DNA of 64,000 nucleotides from Candidatus Latescibacterota bacterium (GTDB lineage: Bacteria; Latescibacterota; UBA2968; GCA-2709665): the NCBI GenBank assembly GCA_965248435.1, contig OZ252100.1, positions 448,001 through 512,000 of the forward strand. Direction: 5' to 3'. Positions 18,962 through 28,680 of this stretch are shown one piece after another (within the stretch, counting starts at the first letter, position 1; each line of letters begins with the position of its first letter). The notes beneath the pieces are model-generated. The model searched no databases, was not told the origin of the DNA, and saw nothing but the letters and a program-made list of their open reading frames with translations. Made by a program: the position numbers and the translations under genes.

Positions 18962-20022
18962 ACAACTTCTCCTGCCCGAAGTTGGGCGACCGTCCTCACG
19001 CCTCTTACGTAATGCTGGTAGACAATCGACCCTCGGTACATCTTACTCAAGACTTCGGCATCCGAAACGGCCTGTGAACGCCTGGCCTCTCTTCTACGCA
19101 GCCAAATATTCAATGGATGCGTGAAGACCCATGACAGTCCGGCAATGGCCGCCAGCGGATGCTTCCAGTTGCCCTTTATCAGAGGAAGGAAGAGTGTCGC
19201 CGACAACAACAAAACACGCGCAGGGAATGCCCAGGACAGGTTCAGAAAAGACCAGTTCTTCAGGATCATGACTAGCTGGTTCCTGTGGTTGAGATAGGTC
19301 TTCCTGAAACTGTCCGCTTTGAGCGAAAAGGCTCCGTGATGGTAGACGACCGAACCTGGAACGGACAGAACGCGGAGTCCGGCCAGATGAAATCGCCAGC
19401 AGAGATCGATTTCCTCCATGTGCATGAAAAAGTCTTCATCCATCAGGCCTGTCTTCTCTAGACAGGACATTTTGATCAGCATGGCCCCGCCCATCGCCCA
19501 AAAAATGTCTTCAGACCGATCGTACTGCCCGCGATCTTCTTCTACGACATCGAACATCCTGCCCCTGCAGAACGTAAACCCGAGAACGTCGATCATTCCC
19601 CCCGCGGCCCCTCCGTAGTCGAATTGAGACCGCAACTGCATCGAGCGCACTTTAGGCTGACAGACCGCGACACCCTCATCCGATGCGGCTGCCACCAGAG
19701 AGGCCAGCCAATTATCCGTCACCTCAACATCGGAATTCAAAAGCATGGCATACTGTCCGCGGGCGACTTCCAAACCCCGGTTGCACCCCGCCCCCATCCC
19801 CCTGGGCGATTTCCGAAATGCGTCTCCGGTCTTGACCACTCGAACCTCCGGAAAACGACTCACTGCCCGCTCGAGGCTTCCGTCGTCATAAGGCTGGTCA
19901 TCCGCCACGATCACTTCGAACGAGGGCTCGAGAGTTCTGGAATAGATTGACTCCAGGCAGTCGGAGAGGATATCTCCAAGGTGATGGGGAATGATAATGG
20001 AAACGGTGGGACGCTCTGCCAT
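18958..20022 (-). CDS. Glycosyltransferase family 2
   Basis: VSIIIP, EVIVADD, LLNSDVEV, DEDFFMHMEEIDLCWR; start could extend to 20061. Confidence 0.9.
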   Translation of the reverse strand: MAERPTVSIIIPHHLGDILSDCLESIYSRTLEPSFEVIVADDQPYDDGSLERAVSRFPEVRVVKTGDAFRKSPRGMGAGCNRGLEVARGQYAMLLNSDVEVTDNWLASLVAAASDEGVAVCQPKVRSMQLRSQFDYGGAAGGMIDVLGFTFCRGRMFDVVEEDRGQYDRSEDIFWAMGGAMLIKMSCLEKTGLMDEDFFMHMEEIDLCWRFHLAGLRVLSVPGSVVYHHGAFSLKADSFRKTYLNHRNQLVMILKNWSFLNLSWAFPARVLLLSATLFLPLIKGNWKHPLAAIAGLSWVFTHPLNIWLRRREARRSQAVSDAEVLSKMYRGSIVYQHYVRGVRTVAQLRAGEVV

Positions 20023-20066
20023 CTGAGGGCTTGCCCTATGAGTCTGCCTTGAGACATGCAATTGAG

Positions 20067-21479
20067 CTAAATGACACGCTGCTCTCCGGGAATGACTTCC
20101 TTCAAACCTTCGAATTCAATCACTCGCATCGACTTCCACTTTCCACCTCGAAATCGAATCAGGTATACGATCCCCGTGACCACAATGTAAGCACAAACGA
20201 ACGTCCAGGCCACGTAGAGCCCCCAACCATAGACGGAACAGGCAAGGTATACCGGAATCACCAGCAATGTCCAAGAAAGGAGCAGTGAGACCACCATCAC
20301 GAACCGAGTATCGCCTGCGCCTTTTATCGCGGAGGACAAGACGATTAAGCTCGCGTCGAATACGGAAAAGAACGCCACATACCTGAGCAGGACGATCGTG
20401 GCTTCCCTGACGGGTGCAAATGACGCGGGATCAGCGAAAGACCCAAAGGGCCTTAAGAGGAATTCTGGGATCGCAACATACAGGAATGCCATCACCAGCA
20501 TGTAGCCCACAGCGAGATAGAGTGCGGAGTAGGCGCTGCGCTCCGCCAGGTTGGCCCGGTTCTGGCCCAGGTAGCGCCCAACGAGCGTGGATACGCCAAT
20601 CCCTAGGCCGAGCATCGGAAGAAAGGCGAGGACGTTGATGTTGAACGCAAGGTTGGTCGCGGCAAGGGGAATCTCCCCGAGCCGCCCTACAAGAAGAATA
20701 AATAGAGAGAACCCCAGGACTTCCAATGTGAACTGCAATCCGCTGGGGATACCGAATCTCATCAGCCGCCTGAATAATGTGAAGTCGAATCGCCAAGCAC
20801 TAAGCGTATGGAACTCGCGGCGGAACTTGCGGCGGAAAATAAGAAGAATGAAGAGCACCGCACCCAAGAAATGAGCAACCACCGTGGCCCACGCCGCGCC
20901 CCGGATGCCGAGTTCGGGGAATCCACCTCTCCCGAAGATCCAGAAGAAATCCAGAACGACGTTTGAGGCCACCGCAGCAAGATTCACCCACATCACAGTC
21001 CACGTATCTCCCCTCCCAGTAAAGAAGGAAGAGAGTGCCGCCATCATCACGGCCGGGCCTACCATAAAGCAGAGGATGCGAAAGTAGGGAACCTCAAGCT
21101 CCTGGATTTGTGGTGCGTGGCCCGCCCAGTAAAATATCGCCGGTGCAACAGGAAGAAATACGAGCATGACCAGCCCGGCGAAAATGGACAGATAGATCCC
21201 CTGCCAAACGGCCGCTCCAACCCGCTCGGGGCGCTCCGCGCCCACATACTGCGCCACAAATGTATTCACATATCCCGCAGTACCCAGAAAAAGTGCGCCG
21301 ATCGTAAAGTTCAACACGCCCGCTGGTAGTGCTGCAGCAAGCGCTTCCCGATCGTACCACGTCAAAAACATGCGGTCCACGAAGTGCATGATACTCCACG
21401 ACCCCATGCTCAGTATCAGGGGAAAGGCGATCCGCAGTACCTCCCCGTATCCTCCATCCCGCCGCCATCGGTCTCCCAT
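20067..21479 (-). CDS. MATE family efflux transporter
   Basis: About 12 TM helices, FFTGRGDT, PELGIRGAAWAT, KGAGDTRF, RFRGGKWK. Confidence 0.92.
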   Translation of the reverse strand: MGDRWRRDGGYGEVLRIAFPLILSMGSWSIMHFVDRMFLTWYDREALAAALPAGVLNFTIGALFLGTAGYVNTFVAQYVGAERPERVGAAVWQGIYLSIFAGLVMLVFLPVAPAIFYWAGHAPQIQELEVPYFRILCFMVGPAVMMAALSSFFTGRGDTWTVMWVNLAAVASNVVLDFFWIFGRGGFPELGIRGAAWATVVAHFLGAVLFILLIFRRKFRREFHTLSAWRFDFTLFRRLMRFGIPSGLQFTLEVLGFSLFILLVGRLGEIPLAATNLAFNINVLAFLPMLGLGIGVSTLVGRYLGQNRANLAERSAYSALYLAVGYMLVMAFLYVAIPEFLLRPFGSFADPASFAPVREATIVLLRYVAFFSVFDASLIVLSSAIKGAGDTRFVMVVSLLLSWTLLVIPVYLACSVYGWGLYVAWTFVCAYIVVTGIVYLIRFRGGKWKSMRVIEFEGLKEVIPGEQRVI

Positions 21480-21614
21480 TGAACGTGATCCCCGGATTTA
21501 GAATGCCCCTTCAGACCCTTTTTGCCTTGCCTCGAGATGGCGCTCCGCTATCTTTCCCCCGCTACTCAGTGCACCAACTTCAGACTCGCTGAAAATTCAA
21601 CCTGAGGAACCGAA

Positions 21615-22985
21615 ATGAAATTCGATGTCGTCGTCATCGGGGCTGGTAGTGCCGGCTACGCCGCCGCGCGTTCCGCCGCCGACGCTGGGGCGAAGGTAGC
21701 CATCATAGACAAGGGACCGCTCGGCGGTCTCTGCATCTTACGTGGCTGCATGCCTTCCAAGACCCTATTGAGATCCTCGGACATCATGGCGTTGATGCAG
21801 CGCAGCAAGGAATTCGGGCTCAGTGCGCACCGCGTGACGGCCAACCTCGCCTCGATAAACCAAAGGAAGAAAGCCCTCGTCAAAGAGTTTGTGGACTACC
21901 GTATCGGCGAGCTCAAGAGCACCCGATACAAACTCATCCGGGGTCGCGCCCGGTTTGAAAGCCCCAACAGGCTCAGGGTCGGTTCAACCGTGCTCGATTC
22001 GAGAACCTTTGTCATCGCGACCGGTTCCGTCGTGCAGAAAGTCGCCATTCCGGGACTCGAAGAGGTTGGGTATATCACCAGTGACGAAGCACTGGATCTG
22101 AGGAAGCTTCCCAAGTCGATGATCGTACTCGGGGGCGGACCCACAGCGACAGAACTGGGTCAATTTTTTTGCAGGCTGGGAACAAAGACGACCTTGATCC
22201 AGCGAAGCGCTCATATCTTCAGCGATAAAGACGAAGACCTGGCAACCCCCGTGGAAGCCCGGTTGCGAAATGAAGGTATGGTCGTTCATACAAGAACAAA
22301 ACTGACCGAGTTCACGAAAAGAGGTAAACTCGTCACCGCCCATTTTCACCAGAACGGTAAACGAAGGCGGGCATCCGCAGAAATCATCTTCCAGGCCCTC
22401 GGCCGAATTCCCAACCTGAGGGGCCTTGAGTTGGAAAACGCGGGCGTAAAGGTCAACGGCGGACGCATCAGGGTCAACGGTTGGATGCAGACCAGCGCAA
22501 GCCACATCTATGCCGCCGGGGATTGTGTAGGACTACACGAAATCGTTCACATCGCGGTTCAGCAGGGAGAGATCGCAGGTCGCAATGCGGCAGTCAGAGG
22601 CAGGGAGCAGAGGATGAACGACCGACTTCGCGCGGAAGTCGTGTTCACAGACCCACAGGTCGCGTCCGTCGGGCTTTCGGAAAAGGACTGCCAGAGATTG
22701 GGGCTGGAGTATGACGCTGCCAGCACCCCCTTCTCAGACCACGGAAAATCGATCATCCTGGGTGAAACACTGGGCTTCGTCAAACTTATCTGTGAACCGA
22801 AGCGGGGAAAACTCCTGGGCGCCCACATCGTGGGGCCTGAAGCGTCTGAACTGATACACGAACTGATTGCGGTCATGTATTTTCGAGGCACCGTGAACGA
22901 TCTCCTTCGCATTCCCCATTACCACCCTACCCTCGCAGAGATTCTGACATACCCTGCTGAAGAGCTGTCCTCTCGAATCGGCTGA
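21615..22985 (+). CDS. Pyridine nucleotide-disulfide oxidoreductase (dihydrolipoyl dehydrogenase-like)
   Basis: VIGAGSAG, GGLCILRGCMPSK redox CxxxxC, YAAGD, HYHPTLAE; no C-terminal Cys-Cys pair of MerA. Confidence 0.85.
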   Translation: MKFDVVVIGAGSAGYAAARSAADAGAKVAIIDKGPLGGLCILRGCMPSKTLLRSSDIMALMQRSKEFGLSAHRVTANLASINQRKKALVKEFVDYRIGELKSTRYKLIRGRARFESPNRLRVGSTVLDSRTFVIATGSVVQKVAIPGLEEVGYITSDEALDLRKLPKSMIVLGGGPTATELGQFFCRLGTKTTLIQRSAHIFSDKDEDLATPVEARLRNEGMVVHTRTKLTEFTKRGKLVTAHFHQNGKRRRASAEIIFQALGRIPNLRGLELENAGVKVNGGRIRVNGWMQTSASHIYAAGDCVGLHEIVHIAVQQGEIAGRNAAVRGREQRMNDRLRAEVVFTDPQVASVGLSEKDCQRLGLEYDAASTPFSDHGKSIILGETLGFVKLICEPKRGKLLGAHIVGPEASELIHELIAVMYFRGTVNDLLRIPHYHPTLAEILTYPAEELSSRIG

Positions 22986-23060
22986 ACGTCAGCCAGGCGC
23001 CCTAATCTCACTCACCCTTTGAGTGAAGCGGATCCCGTCCAGAACCTGTTACACAATAAG

Positions 23061-24359
23061 TTAAGCCGCGTCACCCTGCTGCTGCGTCAGACTTGTGGCC
23101 AGGAGTACCGCCGGCGCCGCAAGCACCAATGCGACCAAGAACGCTGCGGAATAAGACACGCTTGTAACGAGCCACGCCGCGATCAACGGAGCCAGTACCT
23201 GTGGAAGCATGAAGAGATTCAGGAAGCTCGTGTAGGTCGGTCGACGCCCCGGCGGGGCAATATCCAGCACATAGCTCATCCGCCCCGAGGCGAGGCCGCT
23301 TGTCGCGGAACCCAAAAGAAAAAACGACAGGCAGAAGAAGGTGACCCGAAGGTCGATGGACAGACCGGAGGAGAGATCACGGTCCGGAACAAAAGGAGTC
23401 AACAGTGGTATGACGACAGAAGCCGCCATGACGTAGGACCCATACACGAGTAAGGCCCTGGATCCGTGACGGTGTCCGACGTAGGCCCACAGGATGTTGG
23501 AGCACACCCTGCCGATCTGAACCGTGGCTACGAAGATTCCGACAAAGACCGTTCTGATCCTGAGCACCGAAATCGCGAACGGCACGTAGAACGAGGCGGC
23601 CATCGTCGGCAGCCCCTCGAATGACCGAAACATGCAAAGCCGCCTGTAGTTCGCATCACTCTGCAGCAGACGCAGCAAGCTTGACAGGTAGGGCTTGAGA
23701 GGCATCTTCTCTCTTGTTTTCTGTTCTGTCGGCTCCGAAATCAAGGAAAACAGAAGGGTGGCTGCTGCCATTCCAAGTCCCGCGAGCACGAAAAGGAGGG
23801 CATAGTTGTCCGGAAAGAACAACGCGCTCCGTTCACTGAGGATGTACGAAACCAGGACGCCCCCCAGTACGGCCAGCGAACTCCCCAGAAGCCGCCTGTA
23901 GGCGATCGACCGCGCCCGGATACGAGGGGGAATCGCCTTCCCTATCACGTCCAGCATCGGAACGTTGGCAATACCGATCGCGGTCGTGGTCAGACAATAG
24001 AGCGTCAGGAAACTGGTGATCTTGATGTCGGGCATCCACCCCGGCAGATCGCCGCCCTGAAGAAGGAACGTCGACAGGCCGATCGCAAGCCAAAGCCCCC
24101 CCCTGGCGCCGTTCGCGAACAGGTAGATCGGCTTCTTACGGGCACGGGGTTCTATCCATCGAGACACGAATATCTGAGGACAGACCCACCCCATTCTCAA
24201 CAGCGCCCCCGTCAGCCCGACCATCCAGCTTGAATCGGTGAGGGTTTGGACGTAGGCCGGGACGACCACATCGTGACTGGCGAAACTCGATCCCAGCAAT
24301 ACGAAACCACCGCTGAGGATCACCATTGACGTATTCCGGCTTACCTGTCTCTCATCCAT
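23061..24359 (-). CDS. MFS transporter
   Basis: About 12 hydrophobic segments, DVIGKAIPPRIR, DIAPPGRRPTY; probable start ATG 24359 with AGGAG RBS. Confidence 0.8.
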   Translation of the reverse strand: MDERQVSRNTSMVILSGGFVLLGSSFASHDVVVPAYVQTLTDSSWMVGLTGALLRMGWVCPQIFVSRWIEPRARKKPIYLFANGARGGLWLAIGLSTFLLQGGDLPGWMPDIKITSFLTLYCLTTTAIGIANVPMLDVIGKAIPPRIRARSIAYRRLLGSSLAVLGGVLVSYILSERSALFFPDNYALLFVLAGLGMAAATLLFSLISEPTEQKTREKMPLKPYLSSLLRLLQSDANYRRLCMFRSFEGLPTMAASFYVPFAISVLRIRTVFVGIFVATVQIGRVCSNILWAYVGHRHGSRALLVYGSYVMAASVVIPLLTPFVPDRDLSSGLSIDLRVTFFCLSFFLLGSATSGLASGRMSYVLDIAPPGRRPTYTSFLNLFMLPQVLAPLIAAWLVTSVSYSAAFLVALVLAAPAVLLATSLTQQQGDAA

Positions 24360-24424
24360 CTCTCCTGCAATATCCACAGATGAATTCAAGCTGTGACTCC
24401 AAGAGAGGCTATACTTGACCACGT

Positions 24425-24500
24425 ACGACGGACCGCGGACCGCCAAACCAGAACGATGACGTAATCCTTCCCGCGGTCCACCGTCCGCCGTCTACGGTCG
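24425..24500. repeat. Inverted heptamer arrays, RCGGACC / GYSGTCN family (copy 1)
   Basis: acg acggacc gcggacc gc ... gcggtcc accgtcc gccgtct acggtcg. Confidence 0.7.
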
Positions 24501-24519
24501 TGGTGTTCTATCACAGCGA

Positions 24520-26148
24520 CTATATTCCCAACACGTATCCATCCCGTCTCGGGTCCGCGCCCCCCATCAGTGCCCCGCTTCCTTCATCGACCGTAATTCC
24601 TTGCGCGCCTCCAACCACGATTGCAAAGTCCTCCAGAAGGTCGATCTCGTGGCCCTTCTGTTCGAGGCCGTCGCGAACATCCTTTGGAACCCGCCCCTCC
24701 ATCATCACCTTCCTACCAGCATCCATCATCCTGACCCGGGGCGCCTCGATCGCTGCCTGAATGTTCATCTCGTAGTCCAAAAAGTTGGTCAGGAACTGAA
24801 CGCTCGTCTGCTCGATCCCCCAACTGCCCGGGGTGCCCAACGCCGAGACCAGGCGACCCTCCCTGAACACCATCAGGGGCGAGAGGCACATGTCGATCTT
24901 CTTGTGGGATCCGAGGCAGTTCGGGCTCTCGGGAACGCGGTCCGTCCAGTAGAGAAAATTGTTCAGGAACATCCCGGTTTCTCCGAGCATCACACCCGAA
25001 CCGAATCCGCCTCCCACACTCTGCGTGATTGCAACCGCATTCCCCTCCGCGTCGACGACATCGAAGTGCGTCGTACACTCCTTGGTCCACGCCTCGGGCT
25101 GACCCGGACGGACCTCCTCGGCGTTGCGGGAAGCCTCGTACCATTCCCCGCGCCCGAACGCGGCCTGCTTACCGATGTTTGCCCTGCGCTCCTCGGCATA
25201 CGCCTTCGACAGCAGCCCCGAAATCGGTGGATTGTCGGCGGCTGCATATTCAACCCGGTCAGTGTTGGCCAGCTTGATGGCTTCGATAAAGAGGTGCAAG
25301 GCGTCTTCTGTGTGATGTCCCATGTCGGCGAGCGGATACCCTTCTAGGATATTCAGGGTCTCCAGAATCTGAAACCCGGCGCTCGGAGGTGCGGGGCAAA
25401 AGACCTCGTAGCCTCGATAAGGGACCGAAATAGGATCCCCCCATTCCGGTTCGTAGTCCACCATGTCCCGTTCGGTCAGGACGCCCCCTTCCTGCTGCAG
25501 GTACTGAATGACCTCCCGGGCGAGTTCTCCCCGGTAGAAGAGCTCAGCGCCCCCCTCAACGACCCGCCGAAAGGTCCTCCCCAATTCCTTTTGCACGAGG
25601 ATCTCCCCCGGAAGAGGTGCACGACCCTGCGGAAACATCACCCGTTCCCCTTCCCTGTTCACCCTGGGTCTACACGCATCGATAATATGGGAATTCCTGA
25701 CGGTCACCGGAAACCCGTTCTCGGCCAGGTCGATCGCCGGGGCAAAAACGGCCCCCAGGTCGAGGCGGCCATATCTCTGTTGCAGCTCCAGCCACCCGCC
25801 GCACGCGCCAGGCACAAGGCCCGATTTACTGCCCACTCCCTGAGCATCGGCATCAGGAATCGATTCCAAACTGGCTTCGTAAGGTGTATGCGAGCAGTAG
25901 TCCAGGAATCGGACGGCTTTCTGATCTGCAAGATAGACCAGTGCATACCCGTTTCCAGCGATGCCGGAATAGTACGGTTCGACCACGTTCAGGGCGGCCG
26001 CCACACCCACTGCCGCGTCGAAAGCATTGCCTCCCTGAAGCAGAATCCTCGTACCGGCGAGGCAGGCCTGCGGATGGCCGCACGCGACCATGCCTTGTCT
26101 GCCTGTTACCGTCGGTCTGTGCGTTATTCCGTGCGATGAAAACGCCAT
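24520..26148 (-). CDS. ggt: Gamma-glutamyltransferase
   Basis: GGNAFDAAV, VVEPYYSGIAG, nucleophile Thr in CTTHFDVVD, GTPGS, AAIEAPR, GGADPRRDG; no signal peptide. Confidence 0.92.
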   Translation of the reverse strand: MAFSSHGITHRPTVTGRQGMVACGHPQACLAGTRILLQGGNAFDAAVGVAAALNVVEPYYSGIAGNGYALVYLADQKAVRFLDYCSHTPYEASLESIPDADAQGVGSKSGLVPGACGGWLELQQRYGRLDLGAVFAPAIDLAENGFPVTVRNSHIIDACRPRVNREGERVMFPQGRAPLPGEILVQKELGRTFRRVVEGGAELFYRGELAREVIQYLQQEGGVLTERDMVDYEPEWGDPISVPYRGYEVFCPAPPSAGFQILETLNILEGYPLADMGHHTEDALHLFIEAIKLANTDRVEYAAADNPPISGLLSKAYAEERRANIGKQAAFGRGEWYEASRNAEEVRPGQPEAWTKECTTHFDVVDAEGNAVAITQSVGGGFGSGVMLGETGMFLNNFLYWTDRVPESPNCLGSHKKIDMCLSPLMVFREGRLVSALGTPGSWGIEQTSVQFLTNFLDYEMNIQAAIEAPRVRMMDAGRKVMMEGRVPKDVRDGLEQKGHEIDLLEDFAIVVGGAQGITVDEGSGALMGGADPRRDGYVLGI

Positions 26149-26207
26149 ACGTCAATCTCCCGATGAAAAAGAAACGAGCGAAAGGCGGTCTGGATGGAAT
26201 TAGAAAC

Positions 26208-26250
26208 GGCCTCCGGTCTTCCAGGGTGTGCTTCACGTGGACCGGAGGCC
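26208..26250. terminator. 11-bp inverted repeat between the cNMP gene and ggt (possible terminator or processing stem)
   Basis: ggcctccggtc ... gaccggaggcc; only a short U-tract. Confidence 0.4.
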
Positions 26251-26280
26251 TGAATCATCCCCAGAGGCGGACCGTAGTGC

Positions 26281-26826
26281 CTATCCAGAGGAATCCTCCG
26301 GATAGAGTTCCGATAAGAGCGGGTCGTCCGGCGCGATTTCCGCCAAACGTGCCTTGAGACGATCGGCCTGGTTTCGAAGATCCTGCATCTCCTCGTTCGT
26401 GTCGTAGACCCTGCCATAGAGGACGGTGATCAACTTGACCAGAAGGTGATTCCCCATCTGGGGGTCTTCATCCACAAGCTCCTGAAGCTTGGATGCCTCC
26501 AGCTCAAGAATGGTGGACGGGTCCTGCACGATCACCTTGGATGAGCGCATCTGCCCTGTAAATACGCCCATCTCGCCCAGGATGCGAACCGGTGTCATTT
26601 CGGCAAACTTCTTGCCCTCTGCCGACTCAAGACTCAGTTTGCCTTTCAGAAGAACCACAAGTTTATCGTCTATCGTTCGCGGCTCGCAAAGGACCTCGCC
26701 CGGCTCCGCATCTCGATGAACACAGCTTTCGAGAATGCTCGAAATCTGGGTGTAGTCAAGGTCCTCGAATAGCTCTGTGTCCAGCATGACCTTCGCTAGC
26801 TGGACCCCGCTCGAATGTTCGGACAT
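26281..26826 (-). CDS. Cyclic-nucleotide-binding domain protein with C-terminal coiled coil
   Basis: LFEDLD...LVVLLKGKL...ILGEMGVFTGQMRSSKV; no HTH. Confidence 0.8.
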   Translation of the reverse strand: MSEHSSGVQLAKVMLDTELFEDLDYTQISSILESCVHRDAEPGEVLCEPRTIDDKLVVLLKGKLSLESAEGKKFAEMTPVRILGEMGVFTGQMRSSKVIVQDPSTILELEASKLQELVDEDPQMGNHLLVKLITVLYGRVYDTNEEMQDLRNQADRLKARLAEIAPDDPLLSELYPEDSSG

Positions 26827-26867
26827 CTTGAATCCCTTCGCAATAGAGTGAATAGACAACGAACTGT

Positions 26868-26957
26868 ATAATAATCCGTGACCGCGGGGAAAGCAAGGCC
26901 TTTCGGGTGTGTTTAGACGCCATTTTCTCTTGACAATTGACTATTCCAACGTAGGTT
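26868..26957. promoter_or_regulatory. Putative divergent sigma70 promoters (cNMP/ggt and mgs operon)
   Basis: Minus TTGCTT-17-TATTAT (26896-26868); plus TTGACA-16-TAGGTT (26930-26957). Confidence 0.45.
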
Positions 26958-26989
26958 AGCGATTCGTTTTACAGCGCAAGGAGAAGCCT

Positions 26990-27895
26990 TTGTGCGGCAT
27001 CGTAGGATACCTGGATAAGACCGGAAGCGAGGCAGGGCTAGGAAAGGTCGTGCTCAGGATGTTGGAGCCTCTTGCGCTCAGGGGGCCGGACTCTACGGGG
27101 GTGGCCCTCTTCCAGTCTCCTCGTGACGGCGCCCTTTCTTTGAATATTTCCCTGGGCTCGAACGGCGCTTCGGACGAAAAAAGAACGCGGGTGATAGACA
27201 CCCTCGAAGAGGATGGTGTTCTGCGTGATCAAGATTCAACGTCCGGCTTTTTGCGACTCACGCTGGACGATGAAGGCAGCTCAACCGAACTCGAACGACG
27301 CATCGAGGCACTAGATGACCAGATCGAAGTGATCAGCATTGGGCGATGTCTCGAAGTGCTCAAGCAGGTCGGCTCCCCAAGCGACCTCGATTCTACCTAC
27401 GACATATCTGAAATGACGGGCACGCACGGCATCGGTCACACCCGGATGTCCACGGAATCGAAAGTGGATCTGAGTCACTCGCAACCTTTTTGGGCTCACG
27501 GGTGCCCGGATCTGGCGATCGCGCACAACGGACACATCACGAACTATCACGAACTCCGTCGCCACTACGAACAAGAAGGGAATCGTTTCTACACCGAGAA
27601 CGATTCCGAAGTCATCGGCATTTATATCGGAAATCGACTTTCTGAAGGGATGACGCTCGAGGAAGCGCTCGCTGCATCGGTCAGCGACCTGGACGGTTCG
27701 TTCTCATACGTTGCATCTACCTCCGACGACATCGGATTTGCGAGAGATCCCTTTGCGTTCAAACCGCTCCTGTTCTCTGAGACGGATGAATTCGTAGCCA
27801 TCGCCACCGAGGAAATCGCCATCCGATCTGCCTTCAGCGGCAATTTCGAAGCCGCGGAAGCCCCAGCGGGAGAAGTCAGGACATGGCGGAAATAG
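26990..27895 (+). CDS. mgsA: N-methylglutamate synthase subunit A (class II glutamine amidotransferase, GlxB)
   Basis: MCGIVG with N-terminal Cys, RGPDSTG, GIGHTRMSTES, AHNGHITN, TENDSEV; operon context. Confidence 0.85.
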   Translation: MCGIVGYLDKTGSEAGLGKVVLRMLEPLALRGPDSTGVALFQSPRDGALSLNISLGSNGASDEKRTRVIDTLEEDGVLRDQDSTSGFLRLTLDDEGSSTELERRIEALDDQIEVISIGRCLEVLKQVGSPSDLDSTYDISEMTGTHGIGHTRMSTESKVDLSHSQPFWAHGCPDLAIAHNGHITNYHELRRHYEQEGNRFYTENDSEVIGIYIGNRLSEGMTLEEALAASVSDLDGSFSYVASTSDDIGFARDPFAFKPLLFSETDEFVAIATEEIAIRSAFSGNFEAAEAPAGEVRTWRK

Positions 27896-28587
27896 TCTGC
27901 AAAGACAAGACGACGCGCGAGATCAACCGCGCCATTCGGCGCCTTGCCGGCGAGGGGACGCAACAGATTCGGTTAACCAGTCCAGGCGCGAGGCACAACT
28001 TGGGCGTGGCTGTCCTGGATGCCACCCATCTCACCGTTGACGGCAGCGTCGGATATTACTGCGCCGGGATGGTGGACGGTCCAACAGTCGAAATCAAAGG
28101 CAGCGCCGGTTGGGGCCTCGCAGAGTCCATGATATCGGGCACCGTGATCGTGCACGGGAACGCCGGGAACGGCGCGGGCGCCGCGATCCGGAGCGGGACG
28201 CTTGTCATCCACGGGGACGCAGCAGCTCGCCTCGGTGTATCGATGAAAGGCGGGCAGATCCTCGTCGAGGGAAACTGTGGATACATGGCTGGATTCATGG
28301 GGCAAAAGGGCACGATTATCGTCTGTGGAGACACCGGCGCGGCATTTGCAGACTCCATGTACGAGACGGTATGTTTCGTCGGTGGAAAGATCGGTGAACT
28401 CGGAAACGATGCGGTGATCGAGGAACCGAGCGAAGGAGAGAGATCGTCCCTCAGTGAAACCCTGTCGCGTCATCTATCAGAAACCATCCCTGATCCCGAT
28501 GCCCTCCCTTTCAAGAAGGTCGTTTCGGGACGTAAGCTCTGGAATTTCGACAAGCACGAACGCGCCCTTTGGCGTGAAGCACTATAA
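27883..28587 (+). CDS. mgsB: N-methylglutamate synthase subunit B (GXGXG domain, GlxC)
   Basis: GSVGYYCAGM, GWGLAESM, RLGVSMKGG, SGRKLWNF. Confidence 0.85.
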   Translation: MAEIVCKDKTTREINRAIRRLAGEGTQQIRLTSPGARHNLGVAVLDATHLTVDGSVGYYCAGMVDGPTVEIKGSAGWGLAESMISGTVIVHGNAGNGAGAAIRSGTLVIHGDAAARLGVSMKGGQILVEGNCGYMAGFMGQKGTIIVCGDTGAAFADSMYETVCFVGGKIGELGNDAVIEEPSEGERSSLSETLSRHLSETIPDPDALPFKKVVSGRKLWNFDKHERALWREAL

Positions 28588-28589
28588 AC

Positions 28590-28620
28590 CGTGGATCGTC
28601 GTTCGTCGTACGATGATCGG
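28590..28620. repeat. Heptamer tandem array between mgsB and mgsC
   Basis: cgtggat cgtcgtt cgtcgta cgatgat cgg. Confidence 0.6.
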
Positions 28621-28680
28621 GGACCGGTTCGGTCGACTGGTTTTGTAGAGACGGATAGCTGAATTCAGAAACGCAAACAG

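Noticed and set aside
21615-22985. Mercuric reductase MerA
   Set aside because: No C-terminal Cys-Cys pair, no N-terminal metal-binding domain and no mer genes nearby; the HPTxxE motif is lipoamide-dehydrogenase-like.
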